From assembly GCA_009914755.4 (NCBI GenBank), contig CP068257.2, positions 5,856,001-5,920,000 of the forward strand: DNA of 64,000 nucleotides. The letters run 5' to 3'. Of this stretch, positions 57,717-64,000 are shown in pieces. Every line of letters begins with the position of its first letter. Position 1 is the first letter of the stretch. The DNA is from the human T2T-CHM13v2.0 reference genome, Homo sapiens. The notes beneath the pieces were generated by a model. It was not told the DNA's origin, made no database searches, and was given only the letters and a program-made list of their open reading frames with translations. The position numbers were made by a program, and so were the translations under genes.

Positions 57717-60700
57717 ATTCTCCTCCACTGCACTCCATTCCATTCCACTCCACTCCACTCCATTCCATTCCACTCCATTCCATTCAATTACTCCCCTTTC
57801 CATTCCATTCCATTTCAATCTGTTCCATTTCACTCCATTCCACTCCACTCCACTGCACTCAATGCCACTCCAATACATTGCAATCCATTCCATTCTATTC
57901 CTCTCCATTCCGTTATATTCCACTCCACTCCATTAAATTCCATTCCATTCCATTTCATTCCATTACATTGCATTCCATTCCACTCCTTTCCATTCCGTTA
58001 AATTCCACTTCACTCCATTCTACTCCATTCCATCCCTTTTAATTCCACTGCAATCCATTCCATTTCATTACCCTCTACCACACGCCACTCCACTCCATTT
58101 CATTCCATTATCTTAAACTCCACTCAAATCCATTCCACTCTACCCGACTCCATTCCATTCCATTCCATTGCATTCCATTCCACTCCTTTGTGTTCCATTT
58201 CACTACATTCCTTTCCAGTCTACTCCACTGCGCTATATTCCACTCCATTAAATTCCACTACAGTCAACTCTTCTCCTTTCCATTCCATTCCATTCCGTTC
58301 CGTTGCATTCCAATCCACTACACTCCACTCCGTTTGACTCCACTCCATTGCATTCCATTCCACTCCACTCCACCCCATTCCATTCCACTCCAGTATACTC
58401 CACTCTATTCCAATCCATTCCACTCCACTAAAATCCACTCCATTCCATTTCACTCAATTCCATTCCACTCCATCCCACTCCATTGCATTCTAATTCATTT
58501 CATTCTATTTCTTTCGTTTGCATTTCATTCCATTTCACTCCACTCCACTCCATTCCACTGGACTCCACTCCGTTCCATTACATTACATTCCATTCCCCTA
58601 CCATGCAATACATTCCATTCGACTCAACCTCACTCCACTCCATTCCACTCCATTTCATTCTATTCCATTCCATTCCACCCTATTCCTTTAAAGTCCACTC
58701 CTCTCCATTCTGTTGAATTCCATTCCATTCTATTATAATTCATTCCATTTCAGTCCACTCCACTCCACTCCACTCCATTCCACTCCATTCCATTCCATTC
58801 ATTGCCATCCACTTGACGCCATGCCACTCCACTCCAGGCCATTCCCTTCCATTCTATTCTACTCCACTCAATTCCATTCCTCTCCTTCCCCTCCATTAAA
58901 TTCCATTTCATTCCACTCTATTCCATTCAACTTCTTTCCTTTCCATTCCACTACATTCCATTCCAATCCACTCCACTACACTATATTCGTCTCCATTCCT
59001 TTCCACTCCACTCCACTCCTCTCCCTTCCATTCCATTCAATTCCATTCCATTCCTTTAAACTGCACTCCCCTCCATTCCACTACACTCCATTCCATTCCA
59101 TTCCATTCCACTTCACTCCCCTCCACTCCACTCCATTACATTCAATTTCATTCAATTCCATTCCACTCCATTCCTTTCCATTCTATTCCCTTCTATTCCA
59201 TTCCGTACCACCACACTCTATTCCATTCCATTCCATTACCTTCCACCACACTCCATTCCATTCCATTCAACTCCACTCCATTCCACTCCATTCCATTCCA
59301 TTCCATTGAATTCCATTACATTCCAATCAAATCCAATCCATTCCATTCCACTCCACTCAATTTAATTCCAATCCATTTCACTCGACCGCACTCCACTCCA
59401 CTCCATTCCATTCCATTCCGTTCCGTTCCATTCCAATCCACTCAATTCCATTCTACTCCACTCCATTCAATTCCATTCCATTTCATTCAATTCTGTTCCA
59501 TTCCATTCCAGTCCACTACACTCCGTTCCATTCCATTCCACTCTACTCCATTCCACTCCATTCCATACTACACCACTCCCCTCCATTCCATTACACTCCA
59601 TTTCATTACAGTCCTTTCCATTCCACTCCACTCCATCCCCTTCCATATCATTCCACTCCACTCCATTCCACTCCATTCCATTTGTCTACTCTCCCATTTC
59701 CATTCCGTTCCCTTCCATTCCCATCCACCCAATCCCACTCCACTCCACTCCACTCCACTCCATTCCATTCCATTCAATTCCACTCCACTCCATTACAATC
59801 CATGCCACTCCACTTCACTGAATTCCATTCTACTCCTTTCCATTCCACTGCATTCCATTCCACTCCACTCCATTCCACTCTATTCCACTCCAATCCATTA
59901 CATTCCTTTCCATTCCACCACAATCCATTGCTTTCCATTACACTCCTTTCCTTTAAACTCCTTTGCATGCCAAACCACTCCACTTTATTCCACTCCATTC
60001 CATTCCATTCCGTTCCTTGCCATTCCATTCGACTCCATTGCATTTGGCTCCATTACATTCTATTACATTGCAGTCCATTCCATTCCACTCCACTCCATTC
60101 GACCGCACTCCGTACTGTTCCATTCCATTCAATTCCATTCCACTCGACCACAATCCACTCCACTCCCTTCCATTCCATTCCATTTCATTCCATTCCATTC
60201 CATTCCATTCCATTCCATTCCATTACTTTCTTCTCCACTCAATTCCATTCCACTGCACGCCACTTCATTCCATTGTATTCCATTCCATTCCATTCCATTC
60301 CATTCCACTCCGTTCCTTTCCACTCCATTCCGTTGCATTCCACTACATTCCATTCCAATCCACTCCACTCCTCTACTTTCCTCTCCGTTCCTTTCCACTC
60401 CAATCCCCTCCTCTCCATTCCATTCTATTCCATCTCACTACACTCCACTCCATTCCACTCCACTCCATTCCATTCCATTCCATTCCGTTCTACTTCACTC
60501 CATCCTCTACATTCCGCTCAACTCCACTCCACTGCATTCCACTTTATTCCATTCCATTCCGTTCCATTCCACTCCCTGACATTCCATTCCACTCCCTGAC
60601 ATTCCATTCCACTCCACGCCATTCCTTTCCTTTCCATTCCATTCCATTCCACTCCATTCCATTCCACTCCACTCCATTCCATTCCATTTCATTCTATTCC

Positions 60701-61499
60701 ATTCCAATACATTCCACTGCACTACTTTCCACACCTTTCCATTCCACTCCATTCCCCTCTTCTATTCCATTCCATTCCATTCCACATCATTCCATTGCAT
60801 TCCATTCCATTCCAATCCACTCCACTCTATTCCACTCCTCTAATTTCCATTCCAATCTGTTCCACTCCACTCCAGTCCATTCCATTCCACTCCATTCCAT
60901 TTCACTCCATTCCATTCAATTGCAGCCCAATCCCCTCCTGCCTAATCCATTAGGTTCCCTTCCGTTCCAATCCATTCCAGTCCTTTCCATTCCATTCCAC
61001 TACGTTCCATTCCAATCCATTCAACTAGTCTTCATTCCACTCCAATCCATTCCACTTCACTCCCCTCCTCTATTCCATTCCATTCGATTGCATTCCACTC
61101 CAATCCAGTCCTTTCCACTCCACTCCTTTCCATTCTATTCCATTCAATTACATTCCACTTCACGCCACTCCATTCCATTCCACTCCACTACACTCTATTA
61201 CACTCCATCCCATTCCATTACATTCCATTCCATTCCACTCCATTCCATTCAAATCAAATCAATTCCTTCTCACTCCACTCCACTCCATTCGGCTACATTC
61301 CATTATATTCCATTCTATTCCACTCCACTCCATTCCATTCCATTCCATTCCTGTCCACTTCACTCCATTTCATTCCATTCCGTTCCACTCCACTACCCTT
61401 CTCTCCATTGCATTCCATTCCAGTCCACTAAATACCAATCCGTTCCATTCCGTTCAATTCCATTCCCCTCCTTTCCAATCCACTGCATTCCACTTCACT

Positions 61500-63300
61500 C
61501 CATTCCATGTCATTCCATTCCATTCCATTCCATTCCATTCCATTCCATTCCATTCCATGTCATTCCATTCCGTTCCATTCCATTCCATTCCGTTCCATTC
61601 CATTCCATGTCATTCCATTCCGATCCATTCCATTCCGTTCCATTCCATTCCATTCCATGTCATTCCATTCCATTCCATTCCATTCCTTTCCATTCCATTC
61701 CATTCCATTCCATTCCATTCCATGTCATTCCATTCCGTTCCATTCCATTCCATTCCATTCCATTCCATTCCATTCCATGTCATTCCATTCCATTCCATTC
61801 CATTCCTTTCCATTCCATTCCATTCCATGTCATTCCATTCCATTCCATGTCATTCCATTCCATTCCATTCCCTGTCATTCCATTCCATTCCATTCCATTC
61901 CATTCCATGTCATTCCATTCCATTCCATTCCATTCCATGTCAATCCATTCCATTCCATTCCATTCCATTCCATTCCATGTCATTCCATTCCATTCCATTC
62001 CATTCCACTCCATGTCATTCCATTCCATTCCATTCCATTCCATGTCATTCCATTCCATTCCATTCCATTCCATTCCATGTCATTCCATTCCATTCCATGT
62101 CATTCCATTCCATGTCATTCCATACCATTCCATTCCATTCCATTCCATTCCATTCCATTCCATGTCATTCCATTCCATTCCATTCCATTCCATGTCATTC
62201 CATGTCATTCCATTCCATTCCATGTCATTCCATTCCATTCCATTCCATTCCATTCCATTCCATTCCATTCCATGTCATTCCATTCCATTCCATTCCATTC
62301 CATGTCATTCCATTCCATTCCATTCCATTCCATTCCATTCCATTCCATGTCATTCCATTCCATTCCATTCCATTCCATTCCATTCCATGTCATTCCATTC
62401 CATTGCATTCCATGTCATTCCATTCCATTCCATTCCATGTCATTCTATTCCATTCCATTCCATGTCATTCCATTCCATTCCATTCCATTCCATGTCATTC
62501 CATTCCATTCCATTCCATTCCATGTGATTCCATTCCATTCCATTCCATTCCATTCCATTCCATGTGATTCCATTCCATTCCATTCCATTCCATTCCATTC
62601 CATTCCATTCCATGTGATTCCATTCCATTCCATGTCATTCCATTCCATGTCATTCCATTCTATTCCATTCCATGTCATTCCATTCCATTCCATTCCATTC
62701 CATTGCATGTCATTCCATTCCATTCCATTCCATGTCATTCCATTCCATTCCATTCCATTCCATTCCATTCCATTCCATTCCGTGTCATTCCATTCCATTC
62801 CGTGTCATTCCATTCCATTCCATTCCATTCCATTCCATGTCATTCCATTCCATTCCATGTCATTCCATTCCATTCCATTCCATTCCATGTCATTCCATTC
62901 CATTCCATTCCATGTCATTCCATTCCATTCCATGTCATTCCATTCCATTCCATGTCATTCCATTCTATTCCATTCCATGTCATTCCATTCCATTCCATTC
63001 CATTCCATGTCATTCCATTCCATTCCATTCCATTCCATTCCATGTCATTCCATTCCATTCCATTCCATTCCATGTCATTCCATTCCATTCCATTCCATTC
63101 CATTCCATTCCATGTCATTCCATTCCATTCCATGTCATTCCATTCCATTCCATTCCATTCCATGTCATTCCATTCCATTCCATGTCATTCCATTCCATTC
63201 CATTCCATGTCATTCCATTCCATTCCATTCCATGTCATTCCATTCCATTCCATTCCATGTCATTCCATTCCATTCCATTCCATGTCATTCCATTCCATTC
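61500..63300. repeat. CATGT-punctuated (ATTCC)n sub-array. CCATGTCATTCC (later also CCATGTGATTCC and CCGTGTCATTCC) is inserted at spacings that are multiples of 5 bp (20-75 bp). The first four form a regular 50-bp period.
   Basis: Seen directly: 'catgt' at 61506, 61556, 61606, 61656 (50-bp period, units contain CCGTTCC), then 61731, 61776, 61826, 61846 and so on through ~63290. 'catgtgattcc' at ~62521, 62561, 62611. The array ends at 63300 where ordinary degenerate satellite resumes. The ORFs here (MSFHSIPFHS…, MEWNDMEWNGMTWNG…) are repeat translations. A 25-bp doublet 'ccactccctgacattccatt' x2 at 60567-60616 precedes it. Confidence 0.85.
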
Positions 63301-63829
63301 CAATCCATTCCTTTTCATTCCATTCCATTCCATTCCATTCCATTTCTCTCCACTTCATTACATTCCACTTCAGTCCATTCCATTCATTTCAATACACTCC
63401 GTTCCATTCCATACCACTCCATTCCACTCCACCTCATTCCATTCCGTTCCATTCCTTTCCACTACACTCAATTCCATTCCATTCCACTCTACTCCATTCC
63501 TCTCCACTCCATTCCACTCCACTACATTCCACTTCACTCAACTCCATTTCATTCCACTCCGTTCCATTCCACTCCATATATTTCCACTCCACTCAATTCC
63601 ATTCCCTTCCAATCCACTCCACTCCATTCCAGTCCATCCCACTCAATTCCGTTACACTCCACTCCCCTCCTTTTCATTCGATTTAACTGCATTCCCATCC
63701 ATTGCATTCCATCACGTCCCATTCCATTCCATTTCACTCCACACCGTTACATTCCATACAACTCTAGTGCATTCCATTTCATTGCATTCCTTTCCATTCT
63801 ATTCCACTCCATTCCATTCCACTCCATTC

Positions 63830-64000
63830 CATTGCATTGCGATCCATTCCATGGAATTCCATTCCACTCCATTCCATTGCATTCCAATCCATTCCATGGA
63901 ATTCCATTCCACTCCATTCCATTGCATTCCATTCCATGGAAATCCATTCCACTCCATTCCATTGCATTCCATTCCATAGAATTCCATTCCATGAAATTCC
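63830..64000. repeat. Second palindrome-punctuated block (CCATGGAATTCC and degenerate CCATGGAAATCC/CCATAGAATTCC/CCATGAAATTCC at ~45-50-bp spacing), cut off by the window end.
   Basis: Seen directly: 'ccatggaattcc' at ~63849 and ~63894; 'ccatggaaatcc' at ~63944; 'ccatagaattcc' at ~63976; 'ccatgaaattcc' at ~63990. The intervening unit is 'attccactccattccattgcattcca(a)t(c)cattc'. Confidence 0.7.

Larger units (their letters stand above)
1..64000. repeat. Degenerate (ATTCC)n/(GGAAT)n pentameric satellite array (human satellite III / HSat3-like pericentromeric heterochromatin). The C-rich ATTCC strand is the + strand.
   Basis: Seen directly: 'ccattccattccactccattcc...' with 5-bp periodicity continues unbroken from the first to the last base, with no unique-sequence interruption longer than about 60 bp. 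All six-frame ORFs translate to 5-aa periodic peptides (IPFHS/FHSIP/HSIPF on +, MEWNG/WNGME on -), the signature of a stop-free pentanucleotide. Established knowledge: (ATTCC)n is the core of human classical satellite III (and the more degenerate satellite II) at pericentromeres of chr1, 9, 15, 16, Y and acrocentric short arms. Rare 'tcgatt' or 'atcgaatgg'-type motifs argue for HSat3 over HSat2. Confidence 0.9.

Noticed and set aside
1-64000. The idea that the window hides a novel defence or mobile system (as the task framing suggests).
   Set aside because: No non-satellite sequence block longer than about 60 bp exists anywhere in the window. Every deviation from (ATTCC)n is a point-variant pentamer. 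There is nothing for such a system to be encoded in.
1-64000. Telomeric/subtelomeric repeat or alpha-satellite centromere core.
   Set aside because: No TTAGGG/CCCTAA hexamers. No 171-bp periodicity or CENP-B box (TTCGTTGGAAACGGGA). The 5-bp periodicity is ATTCC throughout, which is classical satellite II/III and not alphoid.

Overview
The whole 64 kb window is one eukaryotic simple-sequence satellite: a degenerate tandem array of the pentamer ATTCC (GGAAT on the other strand). This is the classical human or hominid pericentromeric satellite III (HSat3) family. The ATTCC strand is on the + strand for essentially the entire window. I found no protein-coding genes, RNA genes, mobile elements (no Alu, L1 or other insertions), CRISPR arrays or prokaryotic-style systems.

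The hundreds of long six-frame ORFs are artefacts. Neither ATTCC nor GGAAT contains a stop codon in any phase, so every frame stays open until a point mutation creates one. The 5-aa periodic peptides (IPFHS and FHSIP on +, MEWNG and NGMEW on -) are simply the pentamer read in its five phases.

The real content is satellite architecture:
- a ~270 bp strand-inverted block whose right breakpoint sits on an 18-bp perfect palindrome;
- a ~1.2 kb sub-array of 30-35 bp units, each containing the palindromes CCATGG and GGAATTCC (NcoI and EcoRI sites), with CpG-containing and TpG-containing unit variants segregated into blocks;
- a ~1.8 kb array in which CATGTCATTCC punctuates the pentamer run;
- a ~1 kb higher-order unit present twice in tandem;
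- several shorter local tandem duplications with periods of 55-330 bp.

The canonical HSat3 10-mer (ATTCGGGTTG on this strand) was not seen anywhere, which suggests a subfamily lacking it. Chromosome of origin cannot be determined from sequence alone.
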